Assembly (NCBI GenBank): GCA_029259055.1
Contig: JAPDJP010000016.1
Location: 13,019-77,018, forward strand
Reading direction: 5' to 3'
DNA length: 64,000 bases
DNA from: Thermoplasmatota archaeon
Lineage (GTDB): Archaea > Thermoplasmatota > E2 > UBA202 > JdFR-43
The position numbers and the translations under genes are program-made. This document shows, one piece after another, positions 19,460 to 29,363 of this stretch (the stretch's first letter is position 1; each line of letters starts with the position of its first letter). The notes under the pieces were generated by a model that saw only the letters and a list, made by a program, of their open reading frames with translations, was not told the origin of the DNA and did no database searches.

Positions 19460-20737
19460 ATGAGCATCCTAATAAAAAATTCAATAATAGTTACTCAGGA
19501 TAGAGAAAGGAGAATAATAGAGGGAGATGTATATATTGAAGATGATAAAATAGTTGAAATTGGTAATATAAATATTGAAGCGGATTATGTTATAAAAAAT
19601 AAAATTGTTCTACCTGGCTTAATAAATATGCATACTCATCTACCCATGACTTTATTACGGGGATATGGAGATGATTTACCATTGGAAGAATGGCTTACAA
19701 CAAGAATATGGCCAATAGAAGCAAAATTAAAAGCAGAACATATTGCAGCAGGAACAAAACTTGCTTTTATAGAAATGATTTCTACCGGCACTACTTGTTG
19801 TAATGATATGTATTTTTTTGAGGATGTTATAGCAAATGAGGCAAAAAAAATGGGAATAAGATGTTATGCAGGTTTTAGCATAATAGATTTCGATACTCCA
19901 GAAATGAAAAGAGAGAAATTGATTCCAGAATGTGAAAAGTTTTTAAAAAGGTGGGATAACGATGAATTAATAAAGCCTGTTGTCGCTCCTCATTCCACAT
20001 ATGCATGCTCTCCAGAAACTTTAGAAAAAACGAGCGAACTTTCAAAAAAATACAGAGCATTTATCCATATACATTGTTCTGAAACAAGGCATGAAGTATA
20101 TGATGTTCTGAAAAAATATGGAAAGAGACCTCTCGAACAAATCAAGGAATATGGATTATTAAATGAAAAGACAATGCTTGCTCATTGTGGATGGATAACA
20201 AAGGAGGAAGTGAGAGAGATTGCCAAAGCAAAAGCATGTGTAATCCACAATCCAGTAAGTAATATGAAATTGGCTACGGGAGGATATACTCCTTTGCCGG
20301 AGTTGATGGAAGCGAATGCAACAATTACATTAGGGACGGATGGGGCGGCAAGCAACAATAAGTTAGATATGTTTGAAACCATGAAATTTACTGCTTTAAT
20401 ACACAAACATCATCGATGGGATGCAAGCATTGTAAAGGCGCAGGAAGTTTTAGATATGGCCACAATTGATGCAGCGAATTTTTTAAAGTTGAATGCTGGA
20501 AGCATAGAAGTTGGAAAAAAAGCAGACATTATATGTATAGATAAAAATATGCCAAATTTAATCCCTCGCCATGATATAATAAGTCATTTAGTTTATTCTG
20601 CATCTGGTTATAATGTAAGTGATACAATAATAAATGGTAAATTAATTATGCATGAAAGAAAGTTTTTAAATATAGATGTGGAAAAGGTATATGAAATGGT
20701 TGAAAAAATGAAAGAAGACTTATTAAATATATCCTAA
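19460..20737 (+). CDS. mtaD: 5-methylthioadenosine/S-adenosylhomocysteine deaminase (amidohydrolase family)
   Basis: Metal-binding NMHTHLPMT, HCSE, and C-terminal GTDG motifs of the TRZ/ATZ/MtaD family. Confidence 0.85.
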   Translation: MSILIKNSIIVTQDRERRIIEGDVYIEDDKIVEIGNINIEADYVIKNKIVLPGLINMHTHLPMTLLRGYGDDLPLEEWLTTRIWPIEAKLKAEHIAAGTKLAFIEMISTGTTCCNDMYFFEDVIANEAKKMGIRCYAGFSIIDFDTPEMKREKLIPECEKFLKRWDNDELIKPVVAPHSTYACSPETLEKTSELSKKYRAFIHIHCSETRHEVYDVLKKYGKRPLEQIKEYGLLNEKTMLAHCGWITKEEVREIAKAKACVIHNPVSNMKLATGGYTPLPELMEANATITLGTDGAASNNKLDMFETMKFTALIHKHHRWDASIVKAQEVLDMATIDAANFLKLNAGSIEVGKKADIICIDKNMPNLIPRHDIISHLVYSASGYNVSDTIINGKLIMHERKFLNIDVEKVYEMVEKMKEDLLNIS

Positions 20738-21241
20738 TTCCTTCATCTTGTTCAGAACTTTTTCAACACTTTCATCAACACTTTCTTTATCAGTTTCAAC
20801 AATTACCTCTGGATTTTCTGGTTCTTCATAGGGGTCATCTATCCCAGTGAAATTTTTTATTTCGCCATTTAGAGCCTTTTTATACATTCCTTTTACATCT
20901 CTTTCTATACATACTTCAAGAGGAGTTTTTACATATACTTCCATAAAATCTTTGCATATTGAACGGGCAAAATCTCTGTTCTCTCTATACGGGCTGACAA
21001 AACTACATAAAACAATAACTCCTCTTTCAGATAACAATTTTGCCATTAATGCAATATATCTCAGATGCTTGTTTCTTCCTTCCTTTGAAAAATCTGTATT
21101 TCTAATATAATTTCTAACAGTATCGCCATCAAGTAGCTCAACATCCTTTCCTTTTTCCCTTAATATTTCCATTAATTTTTTTGCTATTGTCGTTTTTCCA
21201 GAGCATGGCAAACCAGTAAACCATATAGTTACACCCCTCAT
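20723..21241 (-). CDS. cysC: Adenylylsulfate (APS) kinase
   Basis: P-loop FTGLPCSGKTT and LDGD motif; ~172 aa. Confidence 0.9.
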   Translation of the reverse strand: MRGVTIWFTGLPCSGKTTIAKKLMEILREKGKDVELLDGDTVRNYIRNTDFSKEGRNKHLRYIALMAKLLSERGVIVLCSFVSPYRENRDFARSICKDFMEVYVKTPLEVCIERDVKGMYKKALNGEIKNFTGIDDPYEEPENPEVIVETDKESVDESVEKVLNKMKELGYI

Positions 21242-22599
21242 TTTATCACCCTTCCTTCCATATGTAATGGAACTTTAATACCAAATTCATTCAATAAAGT
21301 TGGAGCGAAATCATATATGCTGACTCTATCTAAAATTTTTGGCGTATGAGGATACTTAACAAATATGCCATATTTTGAATGGACCGCATCATCTGGTCCC
21401 GTGTCATTCCTTTCTAAATGTATTTTATTATGTCCTATTGTACCCGCAGACCGCCAATACAAATCATCGAAATATACCATTAAATCCGGAGGGTCTCCTC
21501 TACATTCTGGATATAGTTTCTCTGGCAAGAAAACCTTATTATCCATTTTATTGCCTTTATCATCCTCAACCTTAGAAAGCTCTTTTGCAAGCTCTTTTCT
21601 AACTTCTTCATATTCCTCTTTTTTTATCGCTCCATATTTTTCTCTATCCTTCACGTTTATAAAAACCCTCGCATAATATCCTCCCCATCCCCAAGCGATT
21701 GTTTTATCCCAAGCAACATTAACTCTATCTATACTTCTTATTCCATTTGGCTTCTCTTTTAAAACAAGCCATTCATTTTCAATGAGCCATTCATTTATAC
21801 AAAAAGCTCCTTTCATTCTTTTTGCTCCATGGTCAGATACTATGAAAATTGAAGCATCATCAATCAATTTCAAATACTCGCCTAAATTTCTATCAAGCAA
21901 TTTATAATAATCCCTTATGACATTTTTGAAGGGAGAATTTTCTTCATATAAATGGTGATTTTTATCAAAATATCTCCAAAAAGCGTGTTGAACTCTATCA
22001 AGTCCTATTTCCACAAACCAAAATAAATCCCAATCTTTATTCTGCATTAAATATTTAATGATTTCATGTCTTATCTCAGTCATTTCCCATAAATTTTTGA
22101 CTAATTCCTCCTTCTCATCAGTTCTAAATTCAACATCAAAAATATATTCCCCAACTTCTTTTTCAATTTCTTTTTTTAATTCTTCTGGATACGTATATGG
22201 TTTATTTTTATCTGGAGTTATAAAACATGATATCAGCCAACCATTAAGAGGCAGGGGAGGATATGAAGGAGGTATTCCAATTATACAGCTTTTAAAACCG
22301 TGTTTTGCCAATATGTCCCAAACTTTGGGATATTTCTTAAATTTTGTAGAATTTGCAATCCAAATGTCATTATAACTATTTTCCTTTCTGTGTCTGAATC
22401 CATATATACCATGTCTTCCTGGATTTACGCTTGTTGCCATTACCATCCATGCTGGTATAGTGATAGGTGGGTCACAACTTTCCATAGGCGCATATAAGGA
22501 ATTCCTTAGCAATTTTCTAAAATTTGGCAAATCATCTATAAATTTATTAAAAACCAATTCAGGTGTGGCACAATCCCAACCTAATACTAATGCCTTCAT
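21238..22599 (-). CDS. Alkaline-phosphatase-superfamily protein of the type I phosphodiesterase/nucleotide pyrophosphatase family
   Basis: N-terminal VLGWDCATPE metal-site motif and a downstream SDHG segment; overlaps cysC and the DHH gene by 4 nt each. Confidence 0.65.
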   Translation of the reverse strand: MKALVLGWDCATPELVFNKFIDDLPNFRKLLRNSLYAPMESCDPPITIPAWMVMATSVNPGRHGIYGFRHRKENSYNDIWIANSTKFKKYPKVWDILAKHGFKSCIIGIPPSYPPLPLNGWLISCFITPDKNKPYTYPEELKKEIEKEVGEYIFDVEFRTDEKEELVKNLWEMTEIRHEIIKYLMQNKDWDLFWFVEIGLDRVQHAFWRYFDKNHHLYEENSPFKNVIRDYYKLLDRNLGEYLKLIDDASIFIVSDHGAKRMKGAFCINEWLIENEWLVLKEKPNGIRSIDRVNVAWDKTIAWGWGGYYARVFINVKDREKYGAIKKEEYEEVRKELAKELSKVEDDKGNKMDNKVFLPEKLYPECRGDPPDLMVYFDDLYWRSAGTIGHNKIHLERNDTGPDDAVHSKYGIFVKYPHTPKILDRVSIYDFAPTLLNEFGIKVPLHMEGRVIK

Positions 22600-23561
22600 T
22601 TTTTTCCTCCTAATTCATTTAGAATAATTTTTATGAAATCCTCGCATTCATCCTTTGGAACAATAGCTCCCATAACATTTTTCTTTCCACCAGCAATATA
22701 TCCTCTTTTTTTAGCAGTATCAATTAAAAATGAAACATTATTACCTCTGACATATAACTGACAATCATTATCAAAATATCCCCAATTTACTACAATAACA
22801 TAATCATTTTTTTCCCACAATTTTCTGGCAATAGTAGATATTATATTGTATTTACAATCCATTTCTTTTATAAGTATATTACCCACTTTTTTTCCTTCTT
22901 CAGATAAAATTTTTTCTATTTCATTTTCTATCTTCATTTTATTTTCTATCCATTTTCTATTTTCCAGTATTTCTTCCTTGTTTACTCCTCTTGAAAGAAA
23001 ACGAACGGCATTTTTTATTTCATTAACATCTCCTACTTTATAATTTGAATCAATTAAACTAACCATCTCCAACATTTCTTCAAATTTTATCCTGTTCTTT
23101 TCTATAAATTTTTTAAGTTTCTCATAAAAACGAGTTTTTAAAATTCTCCTTTCCCAATCTCCAACTACTCCTAAAAAAGCTAATAAGTTCTCTTTATTTC
23201 CCAGATATTCATTTACAACCCATGAAGCAGAAGGATATTTTTCTTCATCCTCTCCTTCTATAATAGGATTTATATATTCTATGCCCTCCACTTTCTCCAC
23301 TAAATGATGGTCAAAAACTTTTATTTTCAATTTATATTCCATTAACTTTTTTAGGCTGTCTGTATGCAATGCTAAATCCACAATATATATCTCATCAAAC
23401 TTATCCTTTATTTTTTCTATTTCATCATCTGTTAAAAAATAATTTCCTATTTTTGGAGTCATCAATTCATGTCCATTGTAAAGAAGAGCTGCAGAACATA
23501 TGCCATCTGCATCCCAATGATGTATGATTAGAGACATACTAATCAACAAAAGGATTATCAT
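22596..23561 (-). CDS. DHH-family phosphoesterase (NrnA-like; candidate pAp phosphatase/nanoRNase)
   Basis: HHWDADG DHH motif near the N-terminus, 321 aa. An alternative start at M9 (23537) would leave only 1 nt between sat and this gene. Confidence 0.7.
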   Translation of the reverse strand: MIILLLISMSLIIHHWDADGICSAALLYNGHELMTPKIGNYFLTDDEIEKIKDKFDEIYIVDLALHTDSLKKLMEYKLKIKVFDHHLVEKVEGIEYINPIIEGEDEEKYPSASWVVNEYLGNKENLLAFLGVVGDWERRILKTRFYEKLKKFIEKNRIKFEEMLEMVSLIDSNYKVGDVNEIKNAVRFLSRGVNKEEILENRKWIENKMKIENEIEKILSEEGKKVGNILIKEMDCKYNIISTIARKLWEKNDYVIVVNWGYFDNDCQLYVRGNNVSFLIDTAKKRGYIAGGKKNVMGAIVPKDECEDFIKIILNELGGKK

Positions 23562-24663
23562 AACTCATTACTATTTCGGCAACTTCTTTTCGCATCATGT
23601 TTTCTGGAGGAACTTCACCAGCCCTAATCATTTTTCTTATTGCTGTTCCACTATAATAAATATGATATTCATTTTCGTGAGGACATATCTTTTCGTTTAC
23701 AACATGTCCACATTTTTTACAATAAAAGAAGGATTTAAAGAAAATAGGCGTTATTCCTAAATCTGGAAATTCTTTGAATATATCATGAGCTTCATATGGT
23801 TTATAATAGTTACCAACTCCCGCATGATCTCTACCAACTATAAAATGTGTACAACCAAAATTTTTTCTCATAATTGCATGGAAAATAGCTTCTCTTGGTC
23901 CAGCATATCTCATTTCTGTTCTCAATATAGACAAAACAGCTCTATCTTTAAGATAATAATGCTTAATTAAGGCATCATATGCCTTGATTATCACTTCATC
24001 TTTAAAATCCCCTTTCTTTTTCTTCCCTATAATTGGATTTATAAATATGCCATCTACAAATGTTAAAGCTGTTTTTTGAACATATTCATGTCCCAAATGA
24101 GGCACATTTCTTGTTTGAAAAGCTACAATTTCTTTCCATCCCTTTTCTTTAAAAAGAATCCTTGTTTCATGTGGCATTAGATGATATTCTTCAAACTCTT
24201 CATCGCCTCGTTTAACCAGTTCGATTTTCCCTCCCGCCAGCTTGCTGCCCATTTCCATAATTTTTTTAACGCCGGGATGCTGGACATCTGTTGTTTTAAA
24301 AACTTTTTCAGCATATTCTTTTTTGTCATAGCCATATATTTCCTCAATTTCAAAAGTTGCGACCATGCCATTTTTTGCAAATAGCACAATTTCGTCTCCT
24401 TCTTTTAGCTCCATATTTTTTAAATCGAAAACAATTGGAATAGTCCATGGCAAATCATTGGAAAGGCGCATATTGTAGAGGACATTTTCAAAATCTTCTC
24501 TACAGAGAAATCCCTCTAATGGAGAAAAAACACCATATGCAATATTTTCGATATCATGAGCTAAATCATTGCTTATTTCAATTCTTTCCATTCCATCAAT
24601 GTTTTTTTCTTCATTTACCCTATAAATTAATTTCCCGCCATGTGGAGCAGGTAACCTATTCAT
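23539..24663 (-). CDS. sat: Sulfate adenylyltransferase (ATP sulfurylase)
   Basis: QTRNVPHLGHE and GRDHAG motifs with an N-terminal PUA-like domain. Confidence 0.9.
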   Translation of the reverse strand: MNRLPAPHGGKLIYRVNEEKNIDGMERIEISNDLAHDIENIAYGVFSPLEGFLCREDFENVLYNMRLSNDLPWTIPIVFDLKNMELKEGDEIVLFAKNGMVATFEIEEIYGYDKKEYAEKVFKTTDVQHPGVKKIMEMGSKLAGGKIELVKRGDEEFEEYHLMPHETRILFKEKGWKEIVAFQTRNVPHLGHEYVQKTALTFVDGIFINPIIGKKKKGDFKDEVIIKAYDALIKHYYLKDRAVLSILRTEMRYAGPREAIFHAIMRKNFGCTHFIVGRDHAGVGNYYKPYEAHDIFKEFPDLGITPIFFKSFFYCKKCGHVVNEKICPHENEYHIYYSGTAIRKMIRAGEVPPENMMRKEVAEIVMSYDNPFVD

Positions 24664-24670
24664 TTTATCA

Positions 24671-24901
24671 TCAATCCAGATAGCCCAATGCTCTCAATCT
24701 TTCCTTTATTTTTTCTTCATCTTCCTTGCTGAATACCTCCTCTTTTTCTTCCTCTTCCATGCTTGCTAGTAATTCCCTTAGAACATATGTTACGTAGCTT
24801 GATATGGATGTGAAGCCAGTTCCTTCTATTCTTTTTTTAATTTTTTCCGCTAACGGAGTTGGTATCGAAACGGTTGTATATTTTCCCTTTTCCTCAGTCA
24901 T
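24671..24901 (-). CDS. Ribbon-helix-helix (CopG/NikR-N-like) small DNA-binding protein upstream of sat
   Basis: KYTTVSIPTPLAEKIKKRIE RHH-like segment plus an acidic tail. Start at M18 of the track ORF (24671..24952) is preferred. Ends 7 nt before the sat start. Confidence 0.5.
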   Translation of the reverse strand: MTEEKGKYTTVSIPTPLAEKIKKRIEGTGFTSISSYVTYVLRELLASMEEEEKEEVFSKEDEEKIKERLRALGYLD

Positions 24902-24992
24902 ATTCTTGTAATTAAATATTATTATAAAAATTTTATTAATAGATGTTATCACGGAACAGCAAAAAATTGAAAAAGAGATTTGTTTTCATAAT

Positions 24993-25400
24993 GTGCTCAT
25001 CAGAAAATGCAGGAAAGAAGATTTGGAGGAAATTTATAGAATAGAAAGAATGTCCTTTAAATATCCATATCCAACTTTTGTTTTTCATGAATATTTAGAT
25101 AAATTGTTCTTTGTTATCGAGGAAAACAGGAAAATCATTGGATATGTTATAGCTGATGAAGAAAGAAATTTAATTGTTTCAATAGCCATTCATCCAGATT
25201 ATAGAAGAAAAGGATATGGGAAAATGCTGATGAAGCATGTTTTGAGATTCATGAAAGGAGAAGTTGTTTTACAAGTAAGGAAAAGCAATGAAATTGCCAT
25301 TAACTTTTATAAAAAATTAGGTTTCGAAGAAAAAACAGAATTAAGGAGATATTATATTGATGGAGAAGATGCAATTTTGATGGCTAAGAAGATAGATTGA
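24993..25400 (+). CDS. GNAT-family N-acetyltransferase (RimI-like)
   Basis: Acetyl-CoA motif RRKGYGKMLM. Confidence 0.85.
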   Translation: MLIRKCRKEDLEEIYRIERMSFKYPYPTFVFHEYLDKLFFVIEENRKIIGYVIADEERNLIVSIAIHPDYRRKGYGKMLMKHVLRFMKGEVVLQVRKSNEIAINFYKKLGFEEKTELRRYYIDGEDAILMAKKID

Positions 25401-25704
25401 TAATTGCTTGGGCAATGTCTCCGTTTGCTTCTTCCAAAGCTTTCCTTGCTTCTTCCTTACTTTTCCCAGTTTTTTCAGCAACTAACTCCACATCTTCCTC
25501 TCTTATTTTCATTTTTATTTCAGGCTTACCCACAATTTGATATGTTTTTTGCCCTTTCATTTCCAATATACTTACCATGGGATTTGTAAAAATGTATTGT
25601 TTGTCTCCAGTTTCAATTATAACCTTCTCAGCTTTTAATTCTTTTATATTTATTCCCATTTTTTTCATTGCAAGACGGATTTGTTTATCATCAAATGGAA
25701 GCAT
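25384..25704 (-). CDS. nac: Nascent polypeptide-associated complex protein (NAC alpha with UBA tail)
   Basis: NAC domain MKKMGINIKEL...QYIFTNP and C-terminal UBA-like EEARKALEEANGDIAQAI. Confidence 0.85.
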   Translation of the reverse strand: MLPFDDKQIRLAMKKMGINIKELKAEKVIIETGDKQYIFTNPMVSILEMKGQKTYQIVGKPEIKMKIREEDVELVAEKTGKSKEEARKALEEANGDIAQAIINLSS

Positions 25705-25761
25705 AAGAATAAATAAACAAGGTTTAATAAAGATTATTTATAAAAAAGCATTCAGAAAAAT

Positions 25762-27159
25762 ATGGAAACGCATGTGCTAGATAGAAATGCAGAATTTTTA
25801 GGCGTTGAAACAGAACAATTAATGGAAAATGCTGGAAGAATTGTTGCAGAAGAAGCTAAAAAATTGCCATATAAAAAGTGGCTTATTTTATGTGGCGGTG
25901 GAAATAATGGGGGGGATGGGTATGTTTGCGCTCGCTATTTAAAAAATTGTGTTGTTATAGCTGTATCCAAACCAAAAACAAGGCTTGCGATGAAAAATTA
26001 TAGAAGAGCAAAATCAGTTGGAATAAAAATATATGGCGGAGATAAATTTGAAGAGCTATTAAATGAATGCGATGCCATTATAGATGCAATGCTTGGAGTT
26101 GGAATAAAAGGACAGTTGAGGGAGCCGTATAAAGGCATCGTGGAAACATTGAATAAATCCAGAAAATTTATTTTATCAATAGATGTTCCAACTGGATTTG
26201 GATGTGATATTTCCTTAAAGCCGAATATGACAGTAACTTTCCACTTTATAAAGGAAGGAATGAATGAAGAAAATTGCGGAAAAATTATTCTAGCAGATAT
26301 TGGCATACCAAAAGAAGCCGAAGAATATGTATTGCCTGGTGAATTTTTATATTATCCAAAGCCAAGAAAGGAGAGCCATAAAGGAGAAAATGGTATTGTC
26401 GCTATAATTGGAGGAGGCCCTTACACAGGAGCCCCCGCTTTAGCTGGACTAGCCGCCTTAAGGACAGGGTGCGATTTGGTATATATATGTTGTCCATCTC
26501 CAACTTGGCAGGTTATTGCATCTTTTTCTCCAAACCTAATTGTTAGGAGAATGCACAGCGATATTTTTACTCCAGCAGATATTAAGGAAATTGAAGAAAT
26601 TGTTGGTAAGGCAGATGCTATTTTAGTGGGGCCAGGTTTAGGAAGAAAAGAAATAACTAAAGATGCTTGTAAAATTTTGATTGAAAAATATGTAGATGAA
26701 AAATATTTTGTAGTTGATGCTGATGCGATTGAAACAATAAATTTTGACTGTAAAGGAAACGTTATTATTACGCCGCACGCTGGAGAATTTAAGAAATTAA
26801 CAGGAATAAATTTACCAAATGATTTAGAAAAAAGGAAAGAAATTGTAAAAAATGAAGCAAAGAAAAGAAATGCGGTTATTTTGCTTAAAGGATTTATAGA
26901 TATAATAAGTGATGGTAATAGAGTTAAAATAAATAGAATTCACAATGAAGGAATGACTGTAGGAGGAACAGGAGATGTTTTAGCTGGAATAACAGTTGCT
27001 TTATTAGCAAAGAAAGTTGAACCATTTCATGCAGCTTGTATGGCAGCTTTAATAAATGGAATGGCAGGAAATACCGCGTTTGAAGAAAAAAGTTACGGAA
27101 TGCTCGCGAGCGATATTATAGAGAAAATACCAGAAGTAATAAAAGAATATGTTGAATAA
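25762..27159 (+). CDS. nnr: Bifunctional NAD(P)H-hydrate repair enzyme Nnr (YjeF-N epimerase + YjeF-C dehydratase)
   Basis: N-domain GGGNNGGDG and C-domain GPGLG...GGTGDVLAG motifs. Confidence 0.9.
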   Translation: METHVLDRNAEFLGVETEQLMENAGRIVAEEAKKLPYKKWLILCGGGNNGGDGYVCARYLKNCVVIAVSKPKTRLAMKNYRRAKSVGIKIYGGDKFEELLNECDAIIDAMLGVGIKGQLREPYKGIVETLNKSRKFILSIDVPTGFGCDISLKPNMTVTFHFIKEGMNEENCGKIILADIGIPKEAEEYVLPGEFLYYPKPRKESHKGENGIVAIIGGGPYTGAPALAGLAALRTGCDLVYICCPSPTWQVIASFSPNLIVRRMHSDIFTPADIKEIEEIVGKADAILVGPGLGRKEITKDACKILIEKYVDEKYFVVDADAIETINFDCKGNVIITPHAGEFKKLTGINLPNDLEKRKEIVKNEAKKRNAVILLKGFIDIISDGNRVKINRIHNEGMTVGGTGDVLAGITVALLAKKVEPFHAACMAALINGMAGNTAFEEKSYGMLASDIIEKIPEVIKEYVE

Positions 27160-27161
27160 AT

Positions 27162-27169
27162 TTTATATA
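27162..27169 (+). promoter_or_regulatory. TATA-box-like element (TTTATATA) ~45 nt upstream of the ArsR-family gene
   Basis: A/T octamer in the short intergenic space. Confidence 0.35.
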
Positions 27170-27214
27170 CCACTAGAATATTATAGTAAATCACAATAAT
27201 ATTAAGGTGATTTA

Positions 27215-27547
27215 ATGTGTAAGGATATTCCTTGTAAGCCTCCAGATAATATTCCTCAAAAATGGCTTAAACTCCGTAATTTTGTTAAAGCCCTCCGTTT
27301 TCCAACGAGATGGTTAATAATCAGATATATTGGTGATGGAAGCAAAAGCACAAAAGAAATTTATGAATATTTGCTTCAAAGAGGAGAGCGAATAACAAAA
27401 TCAGGATTATATTATCATCTTTCTGAACTTAAAAATGCTGGAATAATAGAAGTTGCTGGATATATAGAAGAAGGAGGAGGAGCACCAGAAAAGGTATGGA
27501 AATTAAAAACGAAAAAAATTGTAATTGATTTGATTGAAGGTGATTAA
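27215..27547 (+). CDS. ArsR-family winged-helix transcriptional regulator
   Basis: HTH region STKEIYEYL...KSGLYYHLSELKNAGII. Confidence 0.7.
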   Translation: MCKDIPCKPPDNIPQKWLKLRNFVKALRFPTRWLIIRYIGDGSKSTKEIYEYLLQRGERITKSGLYYHLSELKNAGIIEVAGYIEEGGGAPEKVWKLKTKKIVIDLIEGD

Positions 27548-27892
27548 ATGAATGCAATAATTATAAATATTATAGCCATCACCGCCTTTTTAATAGCTTT
27601 TGTAAAGGATAGGAAAAAGCAATCTGGAATAAAAGGAATATTATTTATTGGCGTAGTAGGGGCGGTAACGCATATTCCAGCTTTATTATCATTTCCTATA
27701 GCAGCATCATTGCTTGAGGAAGGCGCATCAGTTAGTGCTGTTACCGCTTTTATTACCACGTTAACCATGATCGGAATAGTTACACTACCTATTGAAATAA
27801 AAGAAATTGGAGGAAAGATTGCAATCCTTAGAAATGGATTGAGTTTCATTATTGCAATTATTATTGCTCTTATAATGGGGGCAATATTATGA
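27548..27892 (+). CDS. Small polytopic membrane protein (permease-like); possibly the N-terminal piece of a fragmented permease
   Basis: Three or more hydrophobic helices; immediately follows the ArsR gene. Confidence 0.5.
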   Translation: MNAIIINIIAITAFLIAFVKDRKKQSGIKGILFIGVVGAVTHIPALLSFPIAASLLEEGASVSAVTAFITTLTMIGIVTLPIEIKEIGGKIAILRNGLSFIIAIIIALIMGAIL

Positions 27893-27991
27893 AAAGCATG
27901 ATTAGAGATTGGATTTTATTAGTAATAATTTTTGTAATTTCCAGATAAAAAAGAAGCAATTGTTCACACATCATGGAATTTTTTTATTGAG

Positions 27992-28363
27992 ATGGTTATA
28001 ATACTTCCTGCAGTAATGGTAATATTGGGTCTTTTTGCAATATGGGTGCCTAAAGATATTGTTGTAAAACTTCTTGGAAAAGCATCTGGTATAAAAGGAA
28101 TTTTCTTGGCAATAATGCTTGGAGCACTACCCACCGGCCCACTATATATTGCATTTCCGATGGCTACCGCTTTACTTAAAAAAGGTGCTAAAATATCAAA
28201 TGTTATTATTTTTCTATCTTCTTGGGCTTGTATAAAGGCGCCTCAAGAATTAGTAGAATTCCAGTTTATGGGATTACAATTTATGCTTTTAAGGCTTATT
28301 TTAACAATTATTTTTGTGGTTATTATGGGGTTATTTATAGAGAAAATTTATGATAAGATATAA
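27992..28363 (+). CDS. Small polytopic membrane protein (permease-like); possibly the C-terminal piece of the same permease
   Basis: Same frame as 27548..27892 (both start positions are 2 mod 3); separated by ~100 nt containing a short out-of-frame ORF. Confidence 0.5.
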   Translation: MVIILPAVMVILGLFAIWVPKDIVVKLLGKASGIKGIFLAIMLGALPTGPLYIAFPMATALLKKGAKISNVIIFLSSWACIKAPQELVEFQFMGLQFMLLRLILTIIFVVIMGLFIEKIYDKI

Positions 28364-28366
28364 ACA

Positions 28367-29362
28367 CTATATAGGAGTAGCCCAGCTTTCATTATCCTTA
28401 TATATTGCTTCCCCTAGCTTGGCATCTCCCTTTATCAATGGCATAGGCTCTTTTATTGCTTCTATTCTATATAAGGCTGATTTATACCAGTTGTAATCGC
28501 TTTTTGTCTTTAATTTTTTAACGATGGGCAATTTATCTTGAAATCGGAAAAAATTGCTACCATCATCAGGATAAACTTGAAATTGCCTCCTTATATCTGT
28601 TATAACAAATCCCATCTTATGAATCATTTTTTGTATTTCGTACCATTTTTTACGGGAAGCTTCTAAAGTTGTTAATCCAAAATAACCAGCACATCCAATT
28701 CCTTTTAAAGTTGAAACAGCTCTAGATAAAAATAACTTTATGCCTGGTAATGTTTCAACTGGATCTGTAACGAAAACATCAAATTTTTTCGAAAATTTTT
28801 TATTTTCATATTGAAAATCCTGGACATAAGCTTCGATATTAAGTCCATATTTTTTTGCCATATTATTTATAAAATTTATCAATCTTTCATCTATATCAAC
28901 TGCAACAACATTTTTAGGAAATCCAGTCAAAGCTAGAGCAATGCTGAATAAATCGTCATCTCCCGCAACAAATATGCTTCCATAAACATCTCCCCTTTCT
29001 ACCATAAAAGATAATTTTCTAAGAATTGCGTTTGTTCCAATATATCCTTGGTCGTATTTTTCAATGGGCTTGGGGCGATTCCTTATTATTTTTTCATAAT
29101 CCTTTTTTATTTTCATAAAAATTTTATAACCTGTTCCCTCACAAATTTTACATTTATGTTCTTTAAAATCAAATTTAAATTTCTTACCTTTTGGTGTTAA
29201 TTCAACGACTCCATCTTTTATATTAATTAATCCTTCCTTCTTTAATTCTTGCAACTTGTTAAAAAATTCAGGCAATGAAGCATCCTGAAAATCAATAATT
29301 TTCCATATAGATGCTTTACCAGCATGAAGGATAGAGAGGATTTGTTTCTTTATTCTATCCAC
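28367..29362 (-). CDS. bpsA: DUF43-family aminopropyltransferase (BpsA-like branched-chain polyamine synthase)
   Basis: GDDDLFSIA motif and a MTase-like core; sits immediately downstream of speH on the same strand, the genomic context reported for BpsA. Confidence 0.6.
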   Translation of the reverse strand: MDRIKKQILSILHAGKASIWKIIDFQDASLPEFFNKLQELKKEGLINIKDGVVELTPKGKKFKFDFKEHKCKICEGTGYKIFMKIKKDYEKIIRNRPKPIEKYDQGYIGTNAILRKLSFMVERGDVYGSIFVAGDDDLFSIALALTGFPKNVVAVDIDERLINFINNMAKKYGLNIEAYVQDFQYENKKFSKKFDVFVTDPVETLPGIKLFLSRAVSTLKGIGCAGYFGLTTLEASRKKWYEIQKMIHKMGFVITDIRRQFQVYPDDGSNFFRFQDKLPIVKKLKTKSDYNWYKSALYRIEAIKEPMPLIKGDAKLGEAIYKDNESWATPI

Positions 29363-29363
29363 T

